From Microthyrium microscopicum (Eukaryota): a stretch of DNA of 54,434 nt. Positions within the stretch are counted from its first letter, which is position 1. The number at the start of each line of letters is the position of its first letter. The notes below the pieces were generated by a model. That model saw nothing but the letters and a program-made list of their open reading frames with translations, searched no databases and was not told the origin of the DNA. The stretch lies in NCBI GenBank assembly GCA_010405405.1, contig MU004243.1, positions 62,001 through 116,434 on the forward strand, read 5' to 3'. Both the position numbers and the translations under genes were made by a program. Below, piece after piece: positions 23,319 to 37,300 of the stretch.

Positions 23319-24191
23319 TCATACTCCAGGTCCGGCTTCCTTCAGAACGGGTATGACATTTTCATCCCACCAATCGTTCCCAGCTGGCGGTTTCGAGCCG
23401 ATCTTTTTGTTCCTGTTCGGCCTCTCACGCCTACTTGGATGTAGGCCATCGTCCAAAAGACGAGCTTCAGGAGAAGCAGGTTTTCTATGCTGCCCGCTCT
23501 TGACGCCCGTTTCTCGCCATTTTTGCGGAACTTTATAGCCCTTATCCGCCAGCCGTCGAGCTTCAGGAGAAGCAGGTTTTCTATGCTGCCCGCTCTTGAC
23601 ACCCATTTCTCGCCATTTTTGCGGAACTTTATAGCCCTTATCCGCCAGACGTTCCCAAGCCTCTTTTCCTCTTCTATCCCAGCGAGCTCTCCTGTCATCG
23701 TCTTCCTTTGCGGATGGTGTCCATCTACTTTTCAGAATGCGCCGTATGGCTTCGGGTGTGATTTCAAAGTGCTTTGCCAGCACTGGCGTCGTAAAATGTG
23801 TAGGATATTGGGCGTGGAGAGCGCGTATACCATCCATAGTGTCTGGGGATAGTTTTTTGCCTTTGGGATTCCATTTCTCTCCGTTGAGTTTTTCTCGCAT
23901 CGCCTTCTTGTCTATTTGCCAATGAGGGCGCTGTGCCTGCCGATCTACTGGGGCATTCTCTTTCTCTTGTTCTCTGGGCGACATTCTGGTACGGGTTTCT
24001 TCTTGCTTTGCGGCTCTAAATTGTCGGTAGCTTTGGCGTACTCGATCCGTTTGTGGGGTGGAAGTGGTGAATGTCCGCGTTGGGGTGGCCGTTGCAGCTT
24101 GGAGTGTAAAAGCACAGGACTTGCATACTGATCGAAGTAATAGCATCAGTGGAGTGGGACTAGCAAATGGTAATGACAACGGAGGCGGCAT
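23319..24191 (-). CDS. RRG9: Required for respiratory growth protein 9 / neugrin family, mitochondrial
   Basis: WQIDKKAMREKLNGEKWNP..KLSPDTMDGIRALH...FTTPVLAKHFEITPEAIRRILKSRW is the neugrin/Rrg9 motif, preceded by a basic presequence-like N-terminus. The true start may be the second Met. Confidence 0.88.
   Translation of the reverse strand: MPPPLSLPFASPTPLMLLLRSVCKSCAFTLQAATATPTRTFTTSTPQTDRVRQSYRQFRAAKQEETRTRMSPREQEKENAPVDRQAQRPHWQIDKKAMREKLNGEKWNPKGKKLSPDTMDGIRALHAQYPTHFTTPVLAKHFEITPEAIRRILKSRWTPSAKEDDDRRARWDRRGKEAWERLADKGYKVPQKWREMGVKSGQHRKPASPEARRLADKGYKVPQKWRETGVKSGQHRKPASPEARLLDDGLHPSRRERPNRNKKIGSKPPAGNDWWDENVIPVLKEAGPGV
23461..23652. repeat. 96-bp in-frame tandem duplication within RRG9
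   Basis: Units 23461-23556 and 23557-23652 differ at 3 positions and encode RLADKGYKVPQKWRE(M/T)GVKSGQHRKPASPEAR twice. Confidence 0.95.
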
Positions 24192-24578
24192 ATTGAGTAT
24201 TGCGGAGATGCGATTGATCGTGTGGTAGGCCGTCTGTACGAGGAGCAGTATTCGAGGCCTTGCTGAGACAACTTCTATGTTGAAAATTGTGGTAGAAACT
24301 GGGAATTAAAGCGACGAATGTAATAATGAGGAAATAGTCCTAGAGGAGATGCACTCGCGATGGTGTTGCAGTTTAAACTTTTTTGGACTTTAATGTCAAG
24401 TTCGCGCTAGGCTTTTTCGGGTCAAGCTTCAACCCAGCCTGAGCCGCAAGTTGCAACTACGAGACGTCTACCTAGTTCTCTCGACATCAAATACTTTGGC
24501 AACTAAGCTTTCTGCTCAGATTCCAGTCTATTCTTCACGAACTCGGTTTGTACCCGATGAACACATGTGTACCATGAA

Positions 24579-27123
24579 ATGAAAACTCTACAGCAGGTTT
24601 CGTGCGTCGCCTTCATTGTAACACCAATCTTGACTGACGTATGACATCGCAGAGTAAGCTGGAACCAATATCTGGGATACCGTGATGTTTCTTCCCTGAA
24701 TGAAGCCTTATGGAGAGCAGAGACGACTCCAAAGTTCATCGAAGATCTAAGGAGTGTATATTGGAAGATATGTCTCCTCTTTCAAGCAACGCTGGATACC
24801 TCAACATGCCTGCCTCTTCTGCGCGACTCCCGAACAGCATATGCCTCACTACGCGCACACTTTCTCAAAGCGATAGATAACCCTGGGGTCATAGACGAGA
24901 CAGGGACTGATCCTCTTAGTGAGGATGAGCAGGTGCGTCATTTACATTATGTGCTCCAAGGTCAAGATTCCCGACCAGCTCACTGATGCAGGACTGTCAT
25001 AGTCTCTTTGGAATGCGCTCCGGGCAGACGAAATCGTGAGAGAAGAAATATTTCGAGACGTCGAAAGATGTATGCCGGAAAACGACTACTTTCGCGACCC
25101 TCGAGTTCAAAAGTTGTTACTTGACATTTTATTCGTCTGGTGTAAACTCAATCCGGATGTTGGCTATCGGCAGGGAATGCACGAGATACTTGCTCCTCTT
25201 ATCTGGGCGATTGATTTGGATAGTCTCGAAATTAGCGATAGGACAGAAGGCGATGGTTTCTTGAAGGAGACGCTCGATAAGAGATATTTAGAGCACGATG
25301 CCTTTACGCTATTCACGAGGATTATGCAAACCGCCAAATCATTCTATGAACCTGCAGAACGCAAGATTGATGAGGGGGAATCACCAATGATCGTACGCGC
25401 CAAACGCATAATAACGACGTTGCTGCCTGCGGTGGATCCGGAGCTTGCATCGCATTTGCAAAAGATTGATATTTTACCACAAATATTTTTGATGTAAGCC
25501 AATTTGGAGTACGCCTTGGTTGCTTGTTCCTGACATTTGACTAGGAGATGGGTGCGTCTTTTATTTGGCCGAGAGTTCCTCTTTGACGATGTTCTACGAA
25601 TATGGGATCTCTTATTTTCAGAAGGTCCCAGTTTGGAACTTGTTGACTACGTTTGTATCGCAATGCTGCTGAGAATCAGGTGGAAGCGTAGGTCTCATTC
25701 GAACATCTTCGTCACGGAAGTATCCAGCTAACCCGCTTCAGTTGTTCAAGCAGATACAAATTCTGCATTGACACTGCTTCTAAGATATCCACCCCTGGAG
25801 GACTCTTCTCCGCATCAATCACTCGTTCATGACGCCAGACTACTTTACAACGCCACAAGTGTTGAGACAGGCTCATCTCTAATTTTGAAATATACTGGGC
25901 ATTCACCAACCCAAATGGAAACCACAAATACTCGCCCAAGCACCCCGCTACGTCCTCTCTCTCCATTTGGCTCTACCTCTTCTCCTGCGTCGCTGGAGGC
26001 GCTTATACAAGATGCTGCTCGAGGTGTTCTATCTAGAGGCGAACGATGGGGTCTTAATCAGGCTGTCCGCGACGTCGTAGGCGAAGTAAGACGAGGAGTT
26101 TCCAAGGGAATGCAAAACACAGCCGGGCTGACTGCGAATTCGAGATCGGGTTCGCCTCGAGCAGTTCTACATCGGCCTCGAGGTAGTCAAACAGTATCTC
26201 AGACACATAGTGCTATAACAGCAAACATATTGCGCAAAATGAACGCACTCGAAGAAAGGAACCGGAAGCTAGCCGATATGCTCGAAACGACTGTAGCGGA
26301 TCTTTGGTCGTACCAAGATCAAATATCATCCACATTGAAGCATAGCGATCCGTCCTCCCCAAACGGGCAGCAGCTTGCTGAGAGATTCAGCAAAAGTGTT
26401 GCAGAAGTACACTTTGTTCAGGCATTTCTCAGAGACATGACGCTTCCACTACCTGAGGAGTCAGTAAGTAATCTCACGCTTCAAAGCGCAACAAACGAAA
26501 CTGCTCCACAATCGAAACGGGATTCTGTTATTGTAGCACCAGAGGCACAACACGTTCAGGGGGGGGAATCGACCATTTCCGGCATCTTGGATCAAGCTTC
26601 CCTAGTCGATTCTCCAAATCTGGCCCCAGTGACTGCAGAATCCGATGCCGCAATGTCAACAAACGATGTAGTCACAGAACCAATAACAATCCCAATGAAG
26701 AAATCGGCTGAGCCAAGCTCCTCAAATCTGCCAACGATTTCTGCACCACCTCCGCTTCTACCTTCACCTTCATCCAGTCACGACCCTTTGCTCCACCGGC
26801 CACGGCTTGCAGTTTCTTCTTTTTCATGGATGTTAGCTGAAAACGCGGCAGATGGAGAGCAGGCCTTTGCTCGTGCCACGCCGTTTGCTCCAAATGAGCG
26901 ACGACATCATGCTAAAACGGGCAAAGGATTTCTCTTTGGCGACGATGAAGATGAGAACGGCGATGCAAGTGTGCAGCCTAGAAAGTCGTCGCCTGCGCGC
27001 AAAGGATCAAAGGTGAAACCAAGAGGTAAAGACAAATCAAACCCAGCGATCCAGAGGGAGCACATCAGTCTTCTGCCAGTGGATCATACAGAGCCAAAGG
27101 AAGGCACAGATCCACAGGGTTGA
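24579..27123 (+). CDS. TBC-domain Rab GTPase-activating protein (TBC1D5-like)
   Basis: ATG 24579, introns 24602-24652, 24933-25002, 25494-25544, 25688-25741. Motifs LRSVYWK, EIFRDVERC (IxxDxxR), YRQGMHEILAP (YxQ), PQIFLM/RWVRLLFGREF, LLLRYP. Confidence 0.9.
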
Positions 27124-27967
27124 TAGCGTTTTTACCACCCTAGTTATTGAGGCAACCTTGATTGTAAACCGCAACATTGAACATTTGAAGACACAAGGCA
27201 ATCCTTGGGCCTCTCTATCAACTGTTCAAGAAGTTGCAGGCGAACAAAAAGCCGGAACCGGCAAGATAGATTCGGTCGGGCCGGCCCAGCCTTGCAATGA
27301 TTAAAAATGTATGCATGACGTACATTTCATGAATTTTATGTTCCGCCACTAGACAAGTGGATGCGAACGGCGATTTACAGTTACAGACATTACAGTGCCG
27401 TCGATCCGAACGAGTTTGTGAGCACTTGAGGGGGAAAGCCGAAAACTCCAACTACTCTAGTTATCCTATCTTGGGATTTAGCGCCATCGCCACGCTACAA
27501 GTTGTGAGATCAACCGTCAGTTCTCGACTTTCTTCAGTGGCACGACTAAGAATTTTAAGATAGTAATTGCCTTTTCTTGGAGATATCTTCAATCTCCTAA
27601 TTCCGGAGCATTTCATTGACTCTGTAGTGTCAAACCCAGGGATGCCATGCAACAGAAGGGTGAAGACAACCTTACAAGACAGAAGCAGTTGACTCGCGCC
27701 ACCATTCCCAATGGCTAGCTTGCGAAAACGGGAGATTTTCTCAACGTGCCGAATTCCCGTGCATCAATAGTCTACCGTATACGTAGAAAACAAGCGGATC
27801 ATTGAGATTTTATTTATTTATGAATACGGCGTTTGCTATCAAAAGCCGTCCCTTTGACTGTGCTTCATGCCACTAAATCCTTCAAATCGACAACAACCTA
27901 AATAAACTATCTTCCATCAACTTTCGATACATTTCATATGCGATAATTACGTCAAGGACTTTTCAGC

Positions 27968-29908
27968 ATGGATTCAGAGCCTTCGAGATTAGGTCGTTTA
28001 ACAGTCTCGAGGACCAGAACTCGATCAAGCTCTAGATCTCTCAGTCATGTTATAAGACCACAACAACAACGAATAAATACTGGTACAAATTTTCAGAAAG
28101 TTGTCTCTGCCAAATCTTTCGATGACCATGTGGCGTACAGCCCGCCCAGTGCAACATCGGAAGAAGGGAATTCAAACGATAAAGAGCAAGGAACAACGGC
28201 ATTTGGCCTTGAACAGTCCGAGAAGAAACCTCATCCCACTGGAGACGAGACCTCATCTACTTATTCACACACCCCGGAATCAAGTCCAGTAGACAAAGAT
28301 CTCGAAAAGAACGAGCCGTCGAATTTGCAGCCTGAGCCATCCAAGGATCCATTCTTAGTGACATGGGATGGACCCAATGACCCCTTGAATCCCAAAAACT
28401 GGTCTGGAAAGAGAAAATGGGCGGCTACTTTTGTTGTTAGCTCCTTCACTTTCATATCGCCAGTATCATCTTCTATGGTTGCACCAGCAATGCAGGCAAT
28501 GAAGGCTGATTTACACCTTGACAGCGATTTCCTGGCTTCCATGATTCTATCAATTTTCGTTCTTGCTTATGCCGTTGGACCGTTATTCCTTGGTCCGCTT
28601 TCAGAAGTTTATGGAAGAGTCATAGTTCTGCAATTGAGTAATCTCGTATATCTCGTTTGGAATCTGGCTTGCGGTTTTGCGCGAACTGGTCCGGAGATGT
28701 TGGTGTTTAGATTTCTCAGTGGATTGGGAGGTTCCGCTCCTCTTGCTATTGGTGGTGCAGTGCTAGGAGATCTTTTCTTCGCTGAACAGAGAGGAAAGGC
28801 AGTTTCTATCTATTCTCTTGCAGTAAGTTGTCCCTGAAGGATCTAGAGAAGAGTCAAGCTCACAAGGTCATAGCCTTTACTGGGCCCAGCGATAGGCCCA
28901 ATCGCAGGAGGCTTCGTTACGGCGAACACAACGTGGCGATGGATTTTTTACGCGACTACCATCGCTGATGCACTGATTCAAGTTTCTGGATTCTTCTTCC
29001 TTCAAGGTAAGTGAACCATGAATAGTTAGGTATATGAAATGTGATCGTAGGCTGACCGACTATAGAAACTTATGTTCCAATCCTACTTCAAAGGAAAGCC
29101 GCCAAGTTGAGAAAGGAGACTGGGAACGATGCATACTACACAGAGTTCGACCACAAGAACGAATCTCTGAGGCAAACTCTCTCGACTGCGGCCGTGCGAC
29201 CTTTTATCATGCTCTTCACGCAACCAATTATTCAGTGTATAGCCTGTAAGTTATATGGTTAGTCTTGCAATAGATGGCCTACTGACATGCCTAGTCTACA
29301 TGGCCTATCTCTACGGTCTCATGTACCTAATGTTATCAACCTTCCCCCAACTATGGACAGTCCAATACGGCTTCTCAACAAGTATCGGCTCACTTCACTA
29401 CATTGCCCTCGGCACAGGTTTTTTCCTAGGCACACAAATATCCGCGCCCATCAACGATCGCGTCTACCGGAGACTCAAAAAATCCAACAATGGAGTCGGG
29501 CGACCAGAGTTTCGAGTGCCTCTCATGATCGCTGGCTCACTCTTCATTCCAATTGGTCTATTCTGGTACGGCTGGGCCGCGCAAGCTCATACTCATTGGA
29601 TTGTTCCAGATATTGGCGCAGCAATTTTCTGCGCGGGCACCATTGTATGCTTCCAGAGTATGCAAACTTACATCGTTGATGGATATACTCGCTACGCAGC
29701 TAGTGGAATTGCCGCAGCCGTTGTATTGAGGAGTCTGGCTGGATTCGGCTTCCCTCTGTTTGCGCCGTCAATGTATAATGCGCTTGGATTTGGATGGGGA
29801 AACAGTCTTTTGGCATTCGTTGGTATTGCAATTGGCGTACCTGCGCCGATCATTTTCTGGAAGTACGGAGAGCAATTGCGAGCGAAGAGCAAGTTCGCTT
29901 CGGGGTAA
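27968..29908 (+). CDS. MFS multidrug transporter, DHA1 (drug:H+ antiporter-1) family
   Basis: Introns 28823-28873, 29007-29065, 29246-29294. VTWDGPNDPLNPKNWS, GPLSEVYGR, FRFLSGLGGS, PLLGPAIGP..GG, WRW, ETY, RPEFR and YAAS..AA...RSLAGFGFPLF motifs. Confidence 0.93.
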
Positions 29909-31231
29909 ATACTGGTTTGGTATAGCGATGAGGTGCTAAGCATTTTGGGGCGTTCATGGTTTTGGATCTGGCAAAAAGGACTCTTGGAGAATTTCTGAGG
30001 AAGATACCACATGAGCGAGTATTAGCGCAGTGAGATATAACTTAATAGCTCGGAATATAATAGTATAATACCGACGATATAGTCTAGTTGTGGTGGGACG
30101 TATCACTTTTGGCGATCATACACATTGGATACAACGACACCGACCAAGTGCCTCCAAACGACTTTTCGTCACTGTAGCCTGTGATACTTTGACTTCTCTT
30201 TCTTTGACAGCAACACATTTTGGAAATGATTGAATATCTTATCGTGTTCATAGTTCTGTACGTATTCTAGATCTATTGTTGTTCTGCAACCTACTGTAGA
30301 ACTAGCCTAACCTGTATATCCATCTACATTTGTGCTCGTAGACAGTTCTTCATACTTCTGGATATTTTCGCCGTACGTCTTGACCTTTTGGTTGATTCTC
30401 GCATATGCGTCAGTGCCGACTACACATCGCAATGGAGGATCCTTCATCATAGCAAGATCATAAAACGCCTTGGCTCCCTTTTTGGGGTCGCCAGCTTGAG
30501 TTCCATTGCGCTCGCCCATTGACTTTTTTGCATTCATATGGTCATATGCTGGATGGCGATCAGCAAACTCCATAGAGCGACCTGTTGAAGTTAGTATCCC
30601 GAAGTTGCATCTCGTGATAGTAACTAACCTGCCCAGTCGGTTCTGAAACCACCTGGCTCAATGAGTGTGAATTTGATGCCCCATTCGGGCTTCACTTCGG
30701 CGGAAATGGCTTCTGTGAGACCTTCCACGGCCCATTTCGAAGCGCAGTCTGTCAACATGTTAACGAGATAGCCTTTTTGCTGTCGCTTAGAGGAAGTCGC
30801 CTACAGGAGCTGAAAATCGGCACACCTACTTGCCCGCCGATGGATGTGACTTGTTGGATGATACCACCGCTAGGCTTTTGTTCTCGCATGACTTCCATCG
30901 CTTTCTTCGTCACTTCCAAGAGGCCAAAGAAGTTGACCTCCATTTGTTTTCTGATCTGCTCATCTTTCAAAGCCTCAAACTCTCCCGCGAGCCCATAGCC
31001 AGCATTATTGCAGACGACATCCACCCGACCGAATTTCTCGATTGCAGCCTTGAATGCCGCCTCAATTGACTTCTTCTCTGTCACATCAAGATCTTGTTTG
31101 AGCAAATTCTTGTCGTCGCTTCCGTTGAAACTAAGGGCTAAAGACTTGCGAGCTGTGGCTACAACCTTGTGTCCGTTTAATAAACAAACTTCGACATAGT
31201 CTTTCCCGAAACCGGTAGAAGTTCCAGTGAT

Positions 31232-31352
31232 TTGTCGGGTGTAGAATTATTTTCTACTCGTGCATGGGCCTTTTAAAAAAAATATCCTAACTACCTATAC
31301 CATAATTTAAGATCAAGATAGTAAATTTAATAATTACTTGCTATCTACTATA
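31232..31352 (+). repeat. Left terminal inverted repeat (~120 bp)
   Basis: Aligns to the reverse complement of 40144-40262 with mostly C/T and G/A transitions and a few small indels, through ...TTACTTGCTATCTAC(T/C)ATA. Confidence 0.92.
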
Positions 31353-34300
31353 AAGTTTATATATGAATCTATATTATCGTAATCTACTTACAAATCTATA
31401 TCTTTTTATTTAGGAAATATGCTATCTAAAGCCATCACTACCACAAAGCGTATCTAGTCCTCTACTTTTTAGTAAACATAATAAAAATTTACTAAAAATC
31501 CTTAAAGCCTAAACAACAAAGCTAAAAAAAAGCATAATACTTACGTAGGTTAGGGTAATAATACTCTAGTATCTAATACTAATTAACTAAAATATAAAGC
31601 TAAGCTTAGTTAGTATATATTCTCTACTTTTCTTATCTATTTTTTTTTAAGTTTAATAGGAATTCCTTACTTATTTTTATAATATTATAGCTAATAGTTA
31701 ACTATATAGATATAAGTAAGAATAATAAAAGGAAGTTAAGCATAAAAAATATAAGGCTAAATTTAAATCTATTCTAAAAGCTAAGAAAATAATACTACCT
31801 AAGTTAAAAGCTAAATTTACGCTAAAGGCTTTACTAATAAAGAATAAAGTAAAATCTTTAGTAAAGTCTATTATATAGAGGGATTCTAAAGGTAAAAAGA
31901 GAATTATTTAGTAGTAGAAGTATAGCTACTTAATAATAATAGTAGCAAATAAATAGAATATAGTAAAATTAGCTTAGATTAAAGCTAAATATATAGTATT
32001 TAATACTAGCTATACTAATAGCTAGTAAGAGTTTAATAAAAATAACAAGAAAAAGCTTAGGAATAAAGAGAATAAAGAGGATAAAGAAAATAGTAAAGAT
32101 AAATTAAGTAGTAGAGTTAGAAATTTAATAGATAAAGAACCTACAAATTTTAATAACCTACTAGAACTTATAAAGGAGAAGATAGATAATCTACTAAGGT
32201 TCTTTAAAGAGAAGAAGAAAGCTAATCTTAAGATACTACGAAAGACGTCTATTAAAAGCTAGAAGAAGTATAATAAGACTAATAGATCTATATTAGAATT
32301 AAACGCTATTAATCTTAATACTAGTAACGTATTCTTAGCTCTAGTTAATTATACTATTAACCTTTACGTAAAGTTCTATAAGATTAAGCCTAGTACTAAT
32401 ATAGAAGGTTTAATAATATATAAGAATATTATTAATAACATTATATAGCAAGATTTTAATACTATAGTAATTAAAAAGTAGTATATCTTTATAGAGAAGT
32501 ATACTATAAAGTAAGAATATAATACTAAAACTATAACTATTTAATAAAGATTTAACTATCTTAAAGTTACTAGTGTAACAAAAGACTTTATAAAGTCTAG
32601 CTTTAATACTAATATCTTTAAGCTATAGATTTAGGTATTAGATTAATATTATTATATAAATTAGTTAAAAAAGAGTATATATTCTATTATTATTAAGCTA
32701 TAGCTAGTAATTTAACTAAAGCTACTTACTAAAGTAGTTTCTATTATAAATATTAAAGGTAATACTTGCTTTCTATTATAACGATAGAATAGGCTTATTA
32801 ATAAATATTTACTAGATAGTAAAGATAACTCTAAGAAGAAAGATAATTTTATTACTATCTTATTATATAACTCTTATACTTAAGACTATTATCCTAATAA
32901 AGGCTACTACTACTTTAAAGATTCTAATAAGTAGCATTTTATTATAGGTGGTCCTTAGTAATAAATATAGTATAATACTATTAATAGTAGTAAAGCCTTT
33001 ACTAAGAATCTATCTATAGAGGTTCTTACGTATTTTTAGAATATCTAGCTTATAATTAGTAGTTCTCTTATAACTATAAATACTTATAGTATTAGAGGAC
33101 TATAAAGTAAGATATCTATGTTAAGTACTTACTAGTAAGAACTAGAAACTATTATAAAGTAGGTAAGGCTAGAAGCTATTAACTATAAGAGAAAAGCTAT
33201 ATAAGAGAAGGCTAAGGCTAATAAAGAATGCTATAATTATTAGCAAGAGATTAATCGTCTAGAGCTAGACGCAAAGAAGAGGTAAATTAAATACAAGAAT
33301 AGGGAAGCTAATAAATAGGCTATATAAAATAAACGTAAGTCTAATAGGTATAAGATATAAAAGAGACGTCATAATAGGCATTATAATTAAGAATAAAATA
33401 ATAAAGAGGTAGCTTTAGCTCTTTAGTAGCTACCTATTTAGTTATTATTAATAAGCTACTCTTAGTTTATATATCCTCCTAGTATTCCTTATTATAAATT
33501 TTTATAAATATATACTCCTCTATAGTAAGCCTATTAATAATTCGTATATCTTTAAGCTCCTCCTCCTTTATTAAATTATCCTTAGTTTTAACTTCCTTAA
33601 AGTTATTATAATTACCTATTATTAATAGTTTTATAAGTCTTACTATAGGCTCCATCTTTATTTATTTAAGATAACTTAGAAATATATATTAACGTAGTAT
33701 CTTATACTATAATATTAGGTCCTTCTTCTATTTTAGTTTCTAGACCTTATTAAAAACGCCTACTACAGCCGTAAGTTTAAACTACTTTATTAGAACGTAG
33801 TTCTAAAAATACTATAGAAAGGTAACGTAAAGCTTTAGTAGTTACTCTAATAAAAGCTACTACTTTAAAGCGCCAAACTACTTCTTTATAAAAGTAACTA
33901 CCTATTACTAATAAAGGCCTAGTTATTAAAATTAGATTAAGTCCTATTATAATATCTCCTATATTCTTACGTACTAAACTATATATATTATCTTTAGTAC
34001 TAAAAATAGTTAATACTATATAATTATTCTTTTTTTATATTACTTAATTTAAGCTAGTTAGTACTAATAGAAATTAGGAAGCAATTTAGAAAATAGTAGA
34101 CTAGTATAATATAGATATTCTTACTCTAGAGGTAAGGAGCACTTAGAATAGTAATCTTGTTTACTATACGTTAATAAAGGTAGAAGTTTAGGAGTTAATA
34201 ATAGTATAGATCCCTAGTATTATTAAGCATTTTAAGGACTAGGTTATTAGGAAATAGCCTACTAATTAGGAGGTTAGCGTACTTAATAATAAAGGAGATA

Positions 34301-37300
34301 GTCCTACTTTTAGAAAGCATTACTTAGTAAGTTAGCAGATTCTAGGTAAGTAGTAAGCATAGTAGTTAACAATAGAGTAGAGAAGTATCTTTTTACTAAC
34401 TTAAGCTTATTCTTATTAATTTATAAGTAGTTAATTTACTAGAATTTTACTAAAGTTATATCTATTATTATATATTTTCCTATCTTTTGCTTTATCTTTA
34501 CTATTTTATATCTATAATATATCTTATAATTATTTCTTTTATTACTTATTAAGAATAACGCTTTTAACTAGCATAGAAAAGATTTAGAAAATTAAATTAT
34601 TTATTATAGTGTTAGTAGTTTAGTATTAGTTATAATTAAAAACTACTCCTAAATATTCTATCTATAACTATAAATTTAAGTAAATAACAATTTTAGAAAT
34701 AATTAACTACTAATATCTAGTCTATTTTTATTACTACTATTCTCTATTCTAAAACTATCTATAAGAAGCTATTTTTATAAAGTAGAAATATTAAATAATA
34801 CTATAATTCTATTATTACTCTTTAATAATTAAAACTACTAGCAAAAAGTTATTTATATAAAGTAAGAAGGTTAAATAATATTAGATTCTTATATCTAAGC
34901 CCCTAGAATACTTAGTTATATTATAGAAGTTAATAAAGATTATAAAGAGTTATAGAGAAGAGAATAAGGTATAAGCGCTATACTAGAGTAAGAAATAGAA
35001 GGACTTAAGAATTAGTATTAGTATTATAAAGAGAGTAGGTTATAAGTTAATTATAAAGAATATAATTAGAGTACGATCCTCCTTAGTAGTTAGGATAGCT
35101 TATATATCTATATAGATCTAGCTAGTTATAATTATAAGTACAAGTTATTAGATAAGGTTAAGTACTACTTATAAGAAGATAATCTAAGTACTAAGTGCTA
35201 TAATAATATAGTTAAGCAATATAGTAGAAGAAAAGTACTATAGTAGGAAATTCTTATATATTTAGAGAAGTAAAGGAGTTCTAATTAAGTAGCGTCTCTC
35301 TAGAAAATTAGGCATTATAAGTAATTATTATCTTATATATAGTATATCTAGTATTAATTAGTAGTAAGTCTTAAACCTATATATTAACTAGAGGGTAGTC
35401 TATACTAGTAATAATCTATAAATCCTATTTATAACTTAGTAATATATAAAGATAATAGAAGTATTAACTTACGTTAGAGTTTATTACGATTTAATAAAAC
35501 AAGTAATAGATAATAGAATTAGAAGAATTAATTATTATAATATATAAGCTATTAGGCTTATAGCAATAGAATTCTATAGTACTATTAATAGCGCTACTAA
35601 GGTATAAGATAAGAGGGTAAATATTAGTTAAGCTATTACTAGTATTAGGAATATTGCTATAGCTTTTAAAGCTAAAGATTATGTTAAAAGCTAATTAGTA
35701 GCGTTAAGCTTAGAAACCTAAAGAACCATACTAAGGATTAAGAACTTATAGATTAACTATAATAAGATAATTTAAAGTTATAAAAAGTAAATAAAGTAAG
35801 TAGAGTAAGTATTAGGGCGGTTAATAATATAGAAAGGTATAGAAATAAAATATAAAGTATTATAGAAGAGTTCTTAATAAATATTATATATAAAGTAGTT
35901 TATAGAAGTAATAGAGAGAACTAAGGGTAGATAAGACTTTATAGGCATTAGAATATATAAATACTATTACTTATTACATTCTAGAAAGTTATAATAGAAA
36001 TATAATAAAGAGAACTTATTAATAAAGAGTTACTATTACTTATAATTAAACGTAGACTAAAGTATTAAACTCTCTATATTAGTACCTTTAGTATAACTTA
36101 ACGCCTAATTATAGTAGTAAGGCCTATAAGATTAAGGCAATTATAATAGTTAGAATAGTAATAAGGAAAATATTATAGATTATAATAAGTAGATAAAGTA
36201 GAGCTATTATTATAGCTAATAATATAAAGATCTAAAGATATAATCTTATACTATGTTATAACTATAGTAAGAAAGAATTAATATTATATTTAGATACGCT
36301 AATAAGAGTAATTAGTAAGCAATAGTAACTATCTACTATAATAGACTAGCAGAGATTAACTTATTAGGTTAATTATAATAGGTAAGTAGTAATATACTTA
36401 GGATTTATATACTAGTACGTATAATATTAGCTAGAAGGTAGTACTTAGTATAATCTCTTAGATTTTATAGTTTTATAGTAAAATTATGAAGTCTTATAAT
36501 ATTAAGGAAGTAAATAGTAAGATAATATAGCCTAATTTTTTAGTAGGTTTAATACTAAGCTACTATTTACCTAATATTTTATATTATTTAATAAGATAAA
36601 GATAGAGTCATTTAGAGTATTTATATAAACTATAGATAGTAAATATAAATAAGATATATATTATAGTTAATATATAGTAAAGCTAAATAGAAATATATAA
36701 AAAACTAGTATATTAATTATAACTAAAGAGTAGTATACTACTTCTAGATTTTAGTAAGGGCTAAATATCTTCTTTAAAAACGCTTATAATATATATTATC
36801 TAGATTAATATAACATATTAATATCTTTAACTACTAAGGCTATAACTTTATAAAGATATATTTATAGATAGCTAATAATTATCCCTTATTGCCTATACTA
36901 TAATTACTTATATACCTTGCTATTACCTAAAGCTTTATAACTATTAAACTTTATTCCTAGATATAATCTTATTATTAGCTATTCTTAATATACTATACTT
37001 ACCTTATATTTACAATTATATAGTAACTTTATTTTCTAATACGATATATCTTATTAATTTAATATACGTAATAATATTATACGCTATAAGTAGTTAGTAG
37101 TTCTCTCCTTAGTATCTATATTCTTAGTAATATTATCTTATATTATTAATAAATTATATTATTAACGTTAAGGCTAGTATAGATAATAGCTTCGTATAAT
37201 ACTATTAGTAGTTCTTAACCTCTCCTCTTTAATATCTAAATACTACGTAACTTTAGCTATAGTAAATTAGATATTTACTATTCTCTTCCTTAATACTAAG

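Noticed and set aside
27968..31231. MFS transporter plus SDR as a secondary-metabolite cluster
   Set aside because: No backbone enzyme (PKS, NRPS, terpene synthase) or cluster regulator in the window.
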